From Phoronis australis (lineage: Eukaryota > Animalia > Phoronida), in contig NMRA01000345.1 in NCBI GenBank assembly GCA_002633005.1, positions 124,001 through 188,000 on the forward strand: a DNA stretch of 64,000 nt, given 5' to 3'. Shown here piece after piece: positions 11,601 to 24,711 of the stretch. Position 1 is the first letter of the stretch. Every line of letters begins with the position of its first letter. The position numbers and the translations under genes are program-made. The notes beneath the pieces are model-generated. The model was given only the letters and a program-made list of their open reading frames with translations, was not told the origin of the DNA and ran no database searches.

Positions 11601-14600
11601 TTCTGCACAAACGTTTGTGACACCTCTTCTTCTTTTTGATCTACTGATCTACAGAGTTCCACAGTCAATCAGCTTTCGTCAGGAAGCTTTCCTAAGCTTC
11701 TTTAGGCTCTGACATCACAATTTTGTGCTGTTTGATAAACCTTGAATTATACAGACATCACATTCCATGGGAGCAGCCATATTGAAGTAACTAAGCACAA
11801 CAATACAATCTGGCTCTCTGATTGGTCAATTCACTAGAAAAGCGCCATCAAGTGGCAGGAATATGCATCATATTTTGTGCAACAAAAACACCTTTTTTTA
11901 AAAAAATGTGCAAGTGTAGACGTGGGAACTTTTTGGAATTTGATTTTTAGTTATATTATCTAGCTACATAGAAAAAACTAGGTTGCCCCCCCAAAGTACT
12001 CACAAGGATGAACGCTATGAGATTTGGCCCACCGACTACAAGTTTCTTTGACGTCACTCGCCTTTTGACATACACTACAGAAAAGAATGGAATATTTCAG
12101 CTGCATGTGTCAAAAACGGTCAAGCGGAATAATTTGGCAGTGAAAACTGCTGCAGTGCAAACGCACCCGAGAAATTCGTTTCAAAAGTTGCATTTCAGAA
12201 TCTTGTTCTGGTTTGATTCAGCAATAGATATGCCGAATTGCCTAGCCATTAGGCCCATGCTGGCTACGTTTATATGTGAAACTTAGACTCTTGCATTAAT
12301 AGGCGAAGCACTTGGTAAAAAAGGGAGGCGAAAAAAGCTTTTATTTCATATTATAGGCCCATAGGGGTATAGGCACGGTCATACGGTAATAACAACCTGG
12401 GGTTACAGCAATGCTTTAAGTTTTTTTTTCGAATCGAAGACCTTTCACCTTTACGCTTATTTGCAGACAAATAAGCTCTACATGAGCAATAAACCCTCTT
12501 GTAACTGCCGCGTGTGATCACGCAATATCTCTCGCAATTACGCGAGTGAAAGGCGAGTGTTTCGGAAGCTTACTAGCACCTAGCAAAATGGCTGGCATTG
12601 ACGTGATTGGCCCATGAAGTTGGAATATTGAATTATGGGATATTATTCAGACTCCGTTCCATTTTTACCGCAAGCGCGTCTTGGGTCTCTGGGACTCACC
12701 TATAACATTTTATCCGTATTTGAAGAAGTTACACTTAATCCTGATTTTCAGCATGTTTGCGAATTTGTGCAATGTGTGTGAGATTATGCTTCATTCACAG
12801 AGATTGCCTGCAACTGGCCACAGTCAGATAGCGCACAGAAACAGAGGAAGCATTTCTGTGAACGATACGAAGGATACGCCAGCGTCTGCGACTGCCACAA
12901 CCCCATCCCACTTGTCCACACCACCCTTGCCGTGAGTGTTAGCAGGTGCCATTTGAATATTTTAACAATAAATCTGATGCCGTGAGACGTCTTTTAAAAA
13001 CATGCACGGCTGGTGTGGAACGTTGTTTGGGTACAGAATGGGGATTGTTTAGATTTGTGACACTGGGTTTATCACCAGGGGCCCGTTCCAACAAAACTGA
13101 CTTAGCTAAGACAAATCTTCAATTTTAGTAATTTTAAAATAAAAGTTAAATTTGTCTCAAAACCAATTCAAGAAAGAGATCTGAAGTTTGAATTAAGTAT
13201 TCAACATAATTTTGACAAACTTACCGTATGTGGAAGTTTCAAAGTTTGGAAGTTAAGACAAGTTTAAACTTAAGTAAAAAAGGAAGTTAAGTCAGTTTCT
13301 TGGAACTGTCCCCTGTTTTTTCTAAAAGATGTGTAACTTGTGAAAAAGCAATGTATACAGTGGGGAAGTCCTGTCAAAGCTGTTGACAGTCAAAGGCGGT
13401 TTAGTAGTGACACTATGGCCAACATGGTTGTTTTACACAGTCTGCAGTGATAACTTAGCCTGTGTCTAGTGTGCTTTGTTTTGCACAAAATAATTGAATA
13501 AACTGGTAATCGTCATCATTATCATCATCATCATCATCATTATTATTATTATCATTATTGTTTTTATTATTATCGTCATTGTTGTTATCGTCATCAGTAT
13601 TGTTCCCATAATCGTCATCATCGTCGTCACCATCGTTGTCGTCATAATCGTCATCATAAATACTATTACCAGGAAGGCATTTATTATTAACATTTATTTT
13701 GATAGCAGAATGTCCCATGTCCTTCATATACGCCAAGTTGGCATGTTTATTTACCAAGTTGAACCTTTTTGTTACAGTTGCCGAATCGAAATCTGGACCA
13801 CGTGCCAACAGCTGTTATCGCCAGTAACAGACCTTACTACTTGTTCAGGTAGGGGAGACAACCGACAAAACAAACAAACATAACGGTCCAAAACGTTAGA
13901 AAATGGATGAGATTTCGTACCGATGTTCTCATTGTTGGATTTTTATTGATATAATGATTTCAAGAATCTTCTAAAGTCCAACAGCGTGGAATAGATGGAA
14001 AAGTGATTTTTTCTTGCAGGACTTTGCAATCCTTAATGCAGGCAAGAGGAGCCGATCCTAAGAAAGTAGTTGTTTTTATCGATGGATACCACAATGTAAG
14101 TAAAACGCTACACAATTCATCTAACTAGCCATTTTTTGAAATTCTTCCTTGGAGAAAGTGTTGCTGCTTCAGGTATTATAGTTTATCAGATGGCAACGCT
14201 TCGTGCCGAAGTCACCGATGACTGTCATAGGGGTAAAACGTGAAACACAAATTGTAAAACGCCACCTTGCTGCGTTGAGGACAAGCAGACTTTTAAATCA
14301 TTAGTTAGAATTCCTGTCGCGAGTTTGAAATCAAGTTTACTCTATCTTGCCACTGACTTCCAAGCTTCATCATAATCGAGGTTTTAACGCCGCAGTCGCC
14401 GCGAAGTAATCAGTCAGAAAAAGCACTGAGAGAAACGTTGTGCTCTTCGTTCAACGATGTCCGCAGCTAATGTGGACCACAACTTATCCTCTCAGACCTC
14501 ATTAAGTTACGCCCCCGTGTGGTGTCCGATAGTGACGTGCAGGCACCGCCTTCTATTTCAGATGCCAGTGGAGGTAGCCAAATTATTCGGCATTCACAGC

Positions 14601-17600
14601 GTCCACCATGCGCCAGTGGGTGAAGGAGCTGGCAGGATTAGTGAACATTACAAAAACAGTCTTAAAGAAATATTCGCTTTATTTTCGGTGAGTCACTCCA
14701 CAAAATAATAAATGAGTATGAGTATCGACAATGCCGTTTCTTTAAACTGCTTTGTACCACATGACTAAAGTTAGTAAATTTGTCTGAGTTACTTTTTTGA
14801 ATTTTTCTTTGTCTCATTTTCTTCAAAGTCTTGTTGGTTAACATTGTATAACTAAATAATATCAAGAATTTAACAGTAGTGTTGTATCGAACCTTGATAG
14901 CTCCACAATAGCAAACAAACGCTCTGCCGCTGAACTAAATCTTACGCGTTAAATAGAAAAGAATTTTGAGCGCATTTAAAGGGTTTAGGCACCGGCTTCA
15001 ATTCAGCAAAGATCTGGTAGACAACGGATAGAATTTTTGAGTTTTGATAAAATCACAACTTAACGGAAACCTAATAACTTCGAGAAATCTGTTCCACCAC
15101 ACAACTATCCCAAAATGCATTCTTCGACCGTAAAACCCGACAATGTCACTTTGAATACAAGAAAATACATTTTATTTAAATTTCCAACACGTTTGTTTTA
15201 AATGCTCATGTTTTGCTTGTTTCTTTCAGAAAGCTAAGCACGCCATTGTCTTAGAAGACGATTTAAAAGTGTCTCCTGATTTCTTTTACTACTTCAGCCA
15301 ACTTATTCCAATTATTGAGAAGGACAACACAGTCTATTGTATCTCCGCCTGGAATGATCAAGTTTGTCTCCTTATTCGCTATGGAAGTCAATCATTTCAA
15401 ACGCTTGAAACGATTCACTTCTAAAGCGAATAAGTTTCAAAATCTCCTTCCGTTTGGTAGTATCGAATTATCCATTTGGCTAAATATGCTACAGCTTGGG
15501 GCCCTGCGCAAAATATATGCCCGCACCCAGGGAATTCGGGGGGCTCAAAGGAGTCCCTCCATTTGGTGAAGTGGGCAAAAAGGTCCACCTCAGAGAAACA
15601 AAAACTCCGAAAAAAGTAGAAAACGAGACAAAAGTCCATTGACAAGGCAAGAACTATCAAAATTCGGTGAATGCACACTTCATAGCTCTGAACGTATTTT
15701 GTGAATCTTAGTAAAAGGTACACAGTCTCAAAACTCGAGCCCCCTATTTTTTTGGCTGGGTGCGCACATGAAATAGAGGCCCCATATTCGGAGGGGTATT
15801 GAAAAATTGTGGCGAACACAAAGGGGCTCGCGATCGCTCGAAACAGGGGCCCTGTCTCGTCGACACATGGGCGCCTCAGAAGTCGCAGCTACCAGTGGAA
15901 GTAAAAATTGGGTCCCCGTCTCGTTGCCACAGGGGGCTCTCGAAAGCTGTGGTGACCGGTGGGCAATTGGAAAATTGTGGCGAAAAGTGGGAATTGTAAT
16001 GATTGGGGACCCCACATTTTTTATGGCTTGGGGCCCTGAAAAACCTTAATGCGGTATGGGATAGGTTCCTTCAAACAGCATAGAAATTTTCGACAAATAT
16101 TCATGCCATTTAATACCAATTTAGATACTACAATATGGGGTTTCACCTATAGTCATGGAATATGGAGTTAGAAAACATTGAGGGTAGACATCATTAGGGC
16201 TTTATTTCATATTAAACGGGTAACAACCATTGGCACAATGACGCTCAAATCTAGCTACGAGAACAGTCATGTAAAGCAGCGCTATATTCGTTGAATCTTT
16301 TACCTTCATTGACCACGAACATTTTGACACAATAGCTTCATAAACAAGTCTTCTACAGGGATATGACCACACAAGTCACGACCCCACCATGCTGTATCGA
16401 GTGGCGACGATGCCCGGACTTGGCTGGTTGATCAAGAAAAGTTTGTTTAAGAATGAATTGCTGGATAGGTGGCCGACTCCAGATCAGGTAGCGTGCGCCC
16501 CTTTTGTAGTTGGGTGTTTCTATTCAGGTATAGGCATACACAGCAATTATGCTTCAAACATTCACGAACATCCTAAACCACTTTGAGGTGATGTATGGTT
16601 ATAGAATTATAAATTCTTTGTTTAGTTAATTTGCCTAATTGTCTATATACGTGTGTTAAGCTGAACTTTCACGTTTCGATCGATGATTTCTGCAACCACC
16701 ATCAGGACCGTTAGCCTAAGTAGTACACTGATAGTTGTGGCCAATTTTTATTGCTGTTTTACAATTAATTTTCATTACCGGCATTTGTACCCAAATTACT
16801 TGGTGGAATTTCAAATACAATCAAAGAGTTCTCAAGTGTGTAATTTGTTCACGTAGAAATCCCACTGGGACATGTGGATGAGACTGCCGGACATCCGACA
16901 GGATCGCGAGTGCATCGTGCCAGACATTTCGAGGACCTACCACTTTGGTGTTAAGGGTTTTCACATGTACAAGTCATTTCATGACCAGTACTTCGCTAAT
17001 CACTCGCTGAATACACAACGGGACGTTCAGCTAAAGGACATCGAAAAGTAAGTGACCTTCTGCGTCTAATATGTGTGACATCGGTGGAGGCCAATAGTAC
17101 ATGAACATGAAGTCGAAGTTACGATTCCGGTGGTGAAACATTTGTTTCCCGTATGTATGTTTCAGAATGACTAAGCCGTTGTACGAAGTTTTAGTTATTG
17201 AGCTCATCAAGCGATCGATTCCGTTAGACCACACCAAGACCCCGTGTGATGAAGATTTCTTTCCAGAAAAGAAGGTAAGCATAACCCGCCACTCTTGTCA
17301 ACAGTATGCAAGTTATTCTATTGCATAGTCGACATGGACACAAACTGTGGCATTAGTTGCTGACTAAAATATTGTTTCGCAGTACCATACCTGTGAGATA
17401 AAATGAAGTTAAAGAAACAGAGGTTTCCTTGGATACAGTTAGACCAGACCCATGGTACAGTGTAGTACTCAGTAACGCTAAGGTATAGCTATTACCTTGG
17501 TGAAAAATCAAGACTTCGCGAGATTACCTGAGATATTGCATGGGCACACCCAGGGGAGGCTCGGAGGGCTCGAGCGAGCCCCCCAATTTGGCGAATTGGG

Positions 17601-20370
17601 CAAAAAGGTCCTCCTCAGTGAAACACTAAGTCCAAGTAAATGAGACAAAAGTCCACAAAATCACACGGGAAGTCGGCGCGGATGCACAATTCGTGGGCCT
17701 GAACCTAGTGGCTCCGTTTTTTTCTTTAGTCCTTGTTGATGTCTTTCACTAAAAGTTCTGCACACCGAAAAATTCGAGCCCCTATGCTTTAGGTTGGTTG
17801 CGCACATGTATTGCCTTGTGAGACAGCTATTGAACTCTACCCAGGTTGGTGTATTTAATAATGATTCCATGATGTTACAATATAGCAATTGATAAGTAAA
17901 GAACATTTGGAGTAAATAAACCCCAAAAGTCTCTCTTGCATGTCTACCTATATAGTCCAAATACACGTCAGCAAACAGTTATTTTTCCGAAAAGATTACT
18001 TCACAGATTTTATGTCATCTATACAAGGTATGAAAACATTATTTCAGTCGAAAAAAAACGTCTACGCCCTGTATATCGAAATGGACAACGCGCAAGATTT
18101 CACTGTTTTCAAGCAGGTAGCAAAGGTAAGATTCCATCAGTTTTATGGAAGAGGAGCTTTGTTTAGTTTTAACGGAGACAATTGACCTATCGCCAGGATT
18201 TTGAGTGACGGCTTAACAGACCACTTAGAACGCCTTCGTTTCCACGCCGCCGTTTTATCAGACAAACAACACGTTGTCGGGTAAAACTTATTGTTTGTTA
18301 GTCGACATTACGCAAGGAGGCGGAGCTTGCGATAGGTCAATTAGTGTTGTAACCTCAACCTTTGTGTGACTGTTTGGAATGAATCGTCTTTTTTGCAGAA
18401 ATAATAGCGTAAACCCGCGCTTCGACCAAGAAGCGAACTTTCCATTTAGAACACTATCTGCCATAAAATTGGTCTCAGTGCGTTGCTTATTGAGATGAGT
18501 GAGTGCGTTGATTATTGAGATGAGGAGTGAGTGCGATGCTTATTGAGATGAGCGAGTGCGTTAATTATTGAGATGAGCGAGTGCGTTGATTATTGAGATG
18601 AGGAGTGAGTGCGTTGCTTATTGAGATGAGCGAGTGCGNCGTTGCTTATTGAGATGAGGAGTGAGTGCGTTGCTTATTGAGATGAGGAGTGAGTGCGTTG
18701 CTTATTGAGATGAGTGAGTGAGTGCGTTGCTTATTGAGATGAGGAGTGAGTGCGTTGCTTATTGAGATGAGGAGTGTGTGCGTTGCTTATTGAGAGGAGT
18801 GATTTCTGGGTTTGTAAAGAAGCAGACTTTATTCGTTATTCATCGAGACTATACTCGGTGCTTAAAATGACACGACGTGACAAACCAAATTGTGGAGACT
18901 GGTCCCAAGAAAGTATTATGGAAGCTCCGAAATCATCCCACATTTGAATAAAGACAGGCAAGCGTCCTACATGTAGATGGAAGGCGGATTCATTACCTAT
19001 TTAATGTTTCAGTGCCTACGTATTTGGGACTTAGACATGAGAGGTGATCATAAAAGTCTATGGCGGATGTTTTATAACGGGAATCAGTTACTCATTGTGG
19101 GAACACCGGCTTCTATATACTCGTAAGTAATGCTAGTGTTTTCGTTTTATTGATAGAGTGAATTCGTTATATAATACACCTTCATAATTATAAGCTCATC
19201 TGATAGACGTCTAAAAACATTTATGCAGGTCTAAATTAATAATTCCTCTTTAAAGACCGACTGTACACGTGACTGTATTTTGTGCGCGAGTCAAAACATC
19301 TCTACAATGACATACGAATTATTTTCCAACAAAAATAAAGCTAGCTCTCGCGACCGTATATAGTGGACAGGCCGTGAGCGATTTCAGCAGTCAATTGACA
19401 TCACTGGTGCAACTTATTTATATACGATATTTGAGCCTACTTGCCTGTGTCAGATGAGTGAAGGTAGCGTGATGGGAAATATAAAAAGTTTAGAAACGAA
19501 ATAAGATTTCCTTCAAAGTAAATTTCAACATGTGTACATTTAGGAAACATAGCGGAACTACCGTTGCTCTCTCTGCTCTTAATATTTCCTATGCAACTGG
19601 AGCGCCACCCCGTGTTTAGGTTTACAACAGAAACATCATAATTGAATACAAAGTTTTTATTTTTAAACGACAAGCTATTAAACTATTTTGCTGAAATCAA
19701 CTTGGTGGTCCATAAACAGGACCACAATATTGAAAATTTAGTTAAACTTGATTAGTTTCCACCGGAGAAAAATTAATGAAAAGGGTCTCCCAAAATAATT
19801 AAATTGTTTTAGTCTATCATAAGGATGTCGTATTGCCGCGCCACTAGACACGTTGGCGTCCGGGCGTAACATCGCCAATATGCAAACCACTTGGGTAAAA
19901 GGCCGCTAAAAGAGGCGTTATTTCAGACATAGGCCAATGGGCCTAAATGCGCAGGAATACAGTAATACACAACTATTTATTAAATTTCTTGAAAATACCC
20001 CCAAGAAACCCCCAAAGATTCAGAAGCAAACGGTAAAAATGCCACTAAGTGGCACAGCTGTAGTCAAAACTGGTGCGCATATAAGCGAATTAATGCATGG
20101 ACATATACAGGGGACATTAACTGCGCTAATATGCGAAACTTGGGCGCATGCAACATTGTGGCGAACCACTTGGGTAAAAATGTCGCGAAAAAGGCATCAT
20201 TTCGGATATAGGCCCATGGACCTAAAGTTGCGGCAATATGTTAACAATATATTTCAGTCATCGTGTTTTTGAGACCACATTATGCAATTACAACTTATTG
20301 TCGTTTCAGAACACTTAAGCCGAAGTCTATTATCCCAATATCCTTTAAAACCAAGAAAGACGAGTTATAA
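5651..20370 (+). CDS. POMGNT1: POMGNT1-like protein O-mannose beta-1,2-N-acetylglucosaminyltransferase (GT13) paralogue with C-terminal KDEL; 17 coding exons, ~596 aa
   Basis: Phase-consistent GT-AG exons: 5651-5689, 6622-6753, 7186-7254, 7713-7829, 8505-8625, 9468-9566, 12801-12931, 13778-13848, 14020-14095, 14562-14687, 15230-15361, 16359-16487, 16857-17047, 17166-17274, 18048-18125, 19013-19122, 20310-20370 (total 1791 nt). Translation is colinear with POMGNT1: stem domain [29 protein letters not shown]; catalytic domain [61 protein letters not shown]. Orthology versus paralogy is not established. Confidence 0.92.
10031..10153. mobile_element. Small palindromic MITE
   Basis: gttcttagaagatcgagcacg ... 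cgtgctcgttcttctaagaac inverted arms. Confidence 0.6.
11183..12430. repeat. ~390-bp direct duplication around the N gap (11183-11573 vs ~12038-12429)
   Basis: Near-identical copies either side of Ns at 11574-11588; probably allelic. Confidence 0.8.
13076..13315. mobile_element. MITE
   Basis: caggggcccgttccaacaaaactgactta ... taagtcagtttcttggaactgtcccctg inverted termini. Confidence 0.7.
13505..13670. repeat. Compound trinucleotide microsatellite (ATC/ATT/GTC)n
   Basis: Low-complexity tract in a POMGNT1-like intron; it produces spurious poly-I and poly-D/N ORFs. Confidence 0.9.
15518..15770. mobile_element. MITE family copy (second copy ~17538-17808)
   Basis: Shared cacccaggg...ggctc left end, gggcaaaaaggtcc.cctcag interior and ...gggtgcgcacatg right end. 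Confidence 0.6.
18180..18342. mobile_element. Small MITE with 14-bp TIRs
   Basis: aattgacctatcgc ... gcgataggtcaatt perfect inverted termini. Confidence 0.7.
18476..18800. repeat. ~24-28-bp minisatellite (GAGTGCGTTGCTTATTGAGATGA[GGA]GT)n
   Basis: About 12 tandem variants with a single-n join at 18639, embedded in a dispersed repeat. Confidence 0.9.
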
Positions 20371-23300
20371 TGTCGTATAGTGGGAAGCCTTAAGTTAGTA
20401 TTTCAAAGACGAAATTAGATTAGAAAGGTGAAACTGGAGATAAAAAACAGAGGGCTAGAGGAAAGAAAGTTGTAGAGTTTTGGCTAAGGAATGGTGAGGA
20501 CGTGAAATTGCGAACATTTCAAAGGGCAGACAATTTTCCTCCAGATATCATGGTATTTTCCTCACGAACAGTTCTCATCAGCAACATTTTTTCTCACGAA
20601 TACTATTTTTTTACGTGCTCAATTTCTTCTTCTCATGAACTGCACTTTTTTTACTCATTTTTACGAGCACATGTCCCTCCCTCGTGAAACGCTGCTCCTT
20701 TCAAGTTACCAACAGATGGCACAAGCAAACAATTGGGAACTGTGGTTCGTGACGAAAGAAATATAGCTTGTTAGAAAAGAATTGGTTCACGAGAAACAGA
20801 GTCTGACGATGTTAATGAGAACGCCAGAGAGGTAGGAAGGTCGTCTACCGAGAACGTTTGGTAAATGGAACGATGTCACCAGTTTCAAAATGCTTGGTCT
20901 CTGAAACTGAACTACATTTTATTACGGCAAGGTTTTTGTAACTTGCATATTGAACAGGCAAGGCAGTTTTGTCAAACGAAACACAAAATCTAACCACATG
21001 ATAGAAGTAAGTTTGATATTTCGTGAAAATATACGCACTGTAGAATGTTTTGCTGTGTACAAATAAGAACAGATTTTGATTAACCGTTGTTTTTGTTTTT
21101 TATATCAACGTCCCGAGCGCAATACTTGGCTTGACAGGAATTCCAACCAGAGAATGAAGACTACTTTCACAACAGAACATGTATAACATTATAGCATACA
21201 TGTACATGTCAACCAATACGGAATTACGTACGGTATTTTCTACGTATTTTTGCCTCTTCTGTAGTGCAAACCGCGGCTTAGCGCCAAAATGCTAATTCTC
21301 GGTAATCAGTACGCATTTTTTCCGATGTTCGTAATCAAGTTTTCAAGCCTTCGCTTTGGCTGGCAATCTCTTTTGCCAAAATAATCTCATATCACGATGA
21401 GCCTTGCTCGACAGGGCCAAATTTGTTACCAAGGAGTATAACAACACTCACAGTTTCTAGATGAAAGAGCATCTAATAGGTAAGTAGGTACATGTCATGC
21501 ATTTCAGTAGCGGATTTAGAGGGGGGCCATGGCCCCCCTAAAATTCTTTAAGATTCTATGTGGCAGTTCGGGGGTACGAATGCCTGACGGGCTAAATCCT
21601 GGTTGAAAATTCTGCCCTGGCACCCCTAACTAAAAATCCTGGATCCGCCCCTGCATTTTGACACTTAACCATATTTCGACTAGTTTTCGTCAGTGCTATA
21701 GTTTTTCACAAAGAAATGCTACGGTTAGAGCAAAAACTGGCTGACATGAATGTTATAGCGGTTATAAAAGCACTTTCCATCATAGAAAGTACTTTTGATT
21801 TAGAACATTTACCTCTGTGAAATTGGTTTGTTATTGTTTCTCAATCAACTTAGAGACGATTTCGGGGCTTTGAGAAAAACTGAGTTCGTTATTGCTCGAG
21901 ACCAGGCTCGTACATGGCGTCATTTTATTCACCGATCACGGTCTCAACAAATAAGGAACCTTCAGTCCTTTGCAAACCCATAAATCACTCCTCATCTCAG
22001 TAAAAAACAAGCCAAGACCAATTTCATAGCGGTAAGTAGTCTAAATCAAAAGTTTGTTACTTGGAGATAACAGATTCGTAGCCGCTTTGAGTGTAATCCT
22101 GGCGTTCTTACTGTGGTCTAGGATTGGAAAAAATATCAAAGCAATGAAATAGTGTATAAATCGAACCAATTTATTATAATTGGGAGGAAATTACAAATGG
22201 TGAGTATGGATGTGGGAAACCTATACAAGGAGATAGAACCTGATTTTTTTAAATACTAAAAGAAAACTTATTCGAATTAAAGAATCATCTAATTTCGAGA
22301 ATGATCAAATTTTGATTTCCCCCAATCGGCAACAGAAATAAGAGGTTAGGGGGTTCAAAATTGGATGCAAAAAATCCAGCAAATAATTAGATGATGCCAA
22401 CTATTTTCAATGAAATAAACAAAAGGTACATAACCAACAAATTTTACCCGAGACTAGACTTGAAAACCTTAAAATTGTGTGGCATAAAATTTGAAAGTGT
22501 AATAACTCAGATTCAGGCAATTCCACATCAACTCTCCACTTCAGCAAGGGTAGAAAACTGCACTGCAGGATTGACCTAGTTTTTAAAAAGTAGGGCAACT
22601 AAAGCACTTCTGAGTGGAATTGGAATTAATGAAGAAAGACTTATGGTGCCCAACTCATCTTTTCAAACCATTTTTATATCAGCATTACAACTCACTTTGC
22701 AATAGTCAATGAAGAACCGTGAACAAAATTTGATTAGCTCAGCAGCAATGTGCAACTGTGGGGCAAGTGTTCTATTGGTGCACAGAATTGTGGGTAAACA
22801 CGGCAAAATCAGAAAGGGCACTGCGGTACTTCAGGAAGTGGCTAATTGTGAACTTTGAGTCGATTTTCAAGTAAAGTTTGGTGGCTCTTAGACGATGTCT
22901 TAGAAAAGTAAAAGTAGAAAATTAGACTTAAATAACCAGTTACATCTAGCATGCATATCATATCTGACCTCGCTAATCGCAGGTACTCATATTTAATACT
23001 AATCATACACACTTATCACAGAATATTATATATATAGATTACTGCAGGTTATCACAAAGTATGAATGTCTGATACAGTGAAGTTACACACATGCAAACAT
23101 AGCTGAAACAACCCTAGAAATTCAAGTTTACATGAACTATGCAGCTACCGAGAGATTTGATAAATAGTTCCATATAAGAACCAACTGATTATGTAAAGAC
23201 ATATTGGTATCTAACAGGTTGAAAGTTACTTAAAGCTTAATGGTACTCATACCTTCGTAATAAGGTTTTAGAACTAAGAATGTTTACATTGTGAATATAA

Positions 23301-24711
23301 AAACCGAACAGACAGAATAAAAGAAAATACAAGCAGTTCTAATATAGTACCAGACGTAAAAGCTGGAAGATATTGTAAAACGGTTATTAAAAAGGCGTTC
23401 AGTGGTTCCCATGATTTTGGACGCCACAACTCACTGTAATCTAGGGTGCAGTAGTAATGTGAAGGCACTCACACGGAGACCAACCCTTCGGTCAAACACT
23501 GAAGATGTGCAAATTTATATATGTATGCATCATAGGGGATGCACATTGAAGAGACAAGGTCACGTTTATCTGATAGCCAGACTTTAACAGATACCAAAAA
23601 AGTTGTCAATCGTAACCCAGATCCTCATACATGTAAATGCCTATCTAAAGTGTGCGCATGGATACATATGCACATGCATATCTCAAGTATGCATGTGCAT
23701 ATACTCAAGTATATGCATACATATTCTTAAGCATATGTATGCATATCTACAACCAAAGAAGTGATGTTATGATAAACAAAACCTTCTAAACAGCCTGCAA
23801 TTCAAGAAATTAGGAAGTAGGAAAAACATTAATTGTTAGTTATGACCACTCTTTCAAAAAAGCACACAATTATGTCGCTGCTCTCTCACTAGAAACCTTA
23901 AAACACAAAAAGTGCGTAAAATTCATCAAACCTGTAAAACACAAATGCACCAATAATAAATTCCCATCAGAGTCAATGATTAAAACAAAAATAAATATTT
24001 CTTACATTTTACACCTAATTTTATCTGATTGTACCCGTTGCTACGACAATAAGCTATGAGGAAGCAAATGCCCCTTTAAAACGTCCATAACAGTGAGCAT
24101 CAATTGAATTTTGAACTGAAGGACAGTTGCCTAACATTGCATAAGAAGGCACATAAACAATCAGGGCCCACTTGCATAAAAATTATGCACTGCATAGCAT
24201 TATCATGTGCCATGCTGTTATTGTTGAACAATGTACATGACGTCATGCAAAAATTAAAGTTATCCAGCAGCGCTGGGTTGCATAAAACTTCAAAATTACC
24301 CGCTGGATAAGTTTGATTGTTGCATGATGTCAGGTGCACTGTTCAACGATTACAACGTGATGCTTGATAATGCGATGTCATTGTTGCTATACGGCGTATA
24401 ACTTTTATGTAACTGGGCCCAGATAATTTTTAAGTTTTATGCAACCCAGCCCAGGTGTCTATCACTAGTGGTTATATAACCAACTATTTTGTCACTGATC
24501 CATAACTATTTATAAGCCAAGATCAGTTCATTGAGGTACTAAAGTTCAGTCCAGATGTCACTGGCCCGACTTTCAATCAATGACTAGTCGTCACAGTTTC
24601 TGTCCTCCAAAAAGTCAGAACTATGGTCCCGACTGTATTCGCCCTATATGATACAGCTTAATTTAACAAAACATCAGAAATCCACCGGCCAATAACATCT
24701 GTTGTTACGTG

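Noticed and set aside
11210-12286. Repeated 73/92-aa ORFs
   Set aside because: They lie in a duplicated repeat fragment beside an N gap within an intron; no protein-family signal.
13455-13883. ORFs rich in poly-Ile, poly-Asp/Asn or Met
   Set aside because: Translations of a trinucleotide microsatellite; the real coding part is the 13778-13848 exon in another frame.
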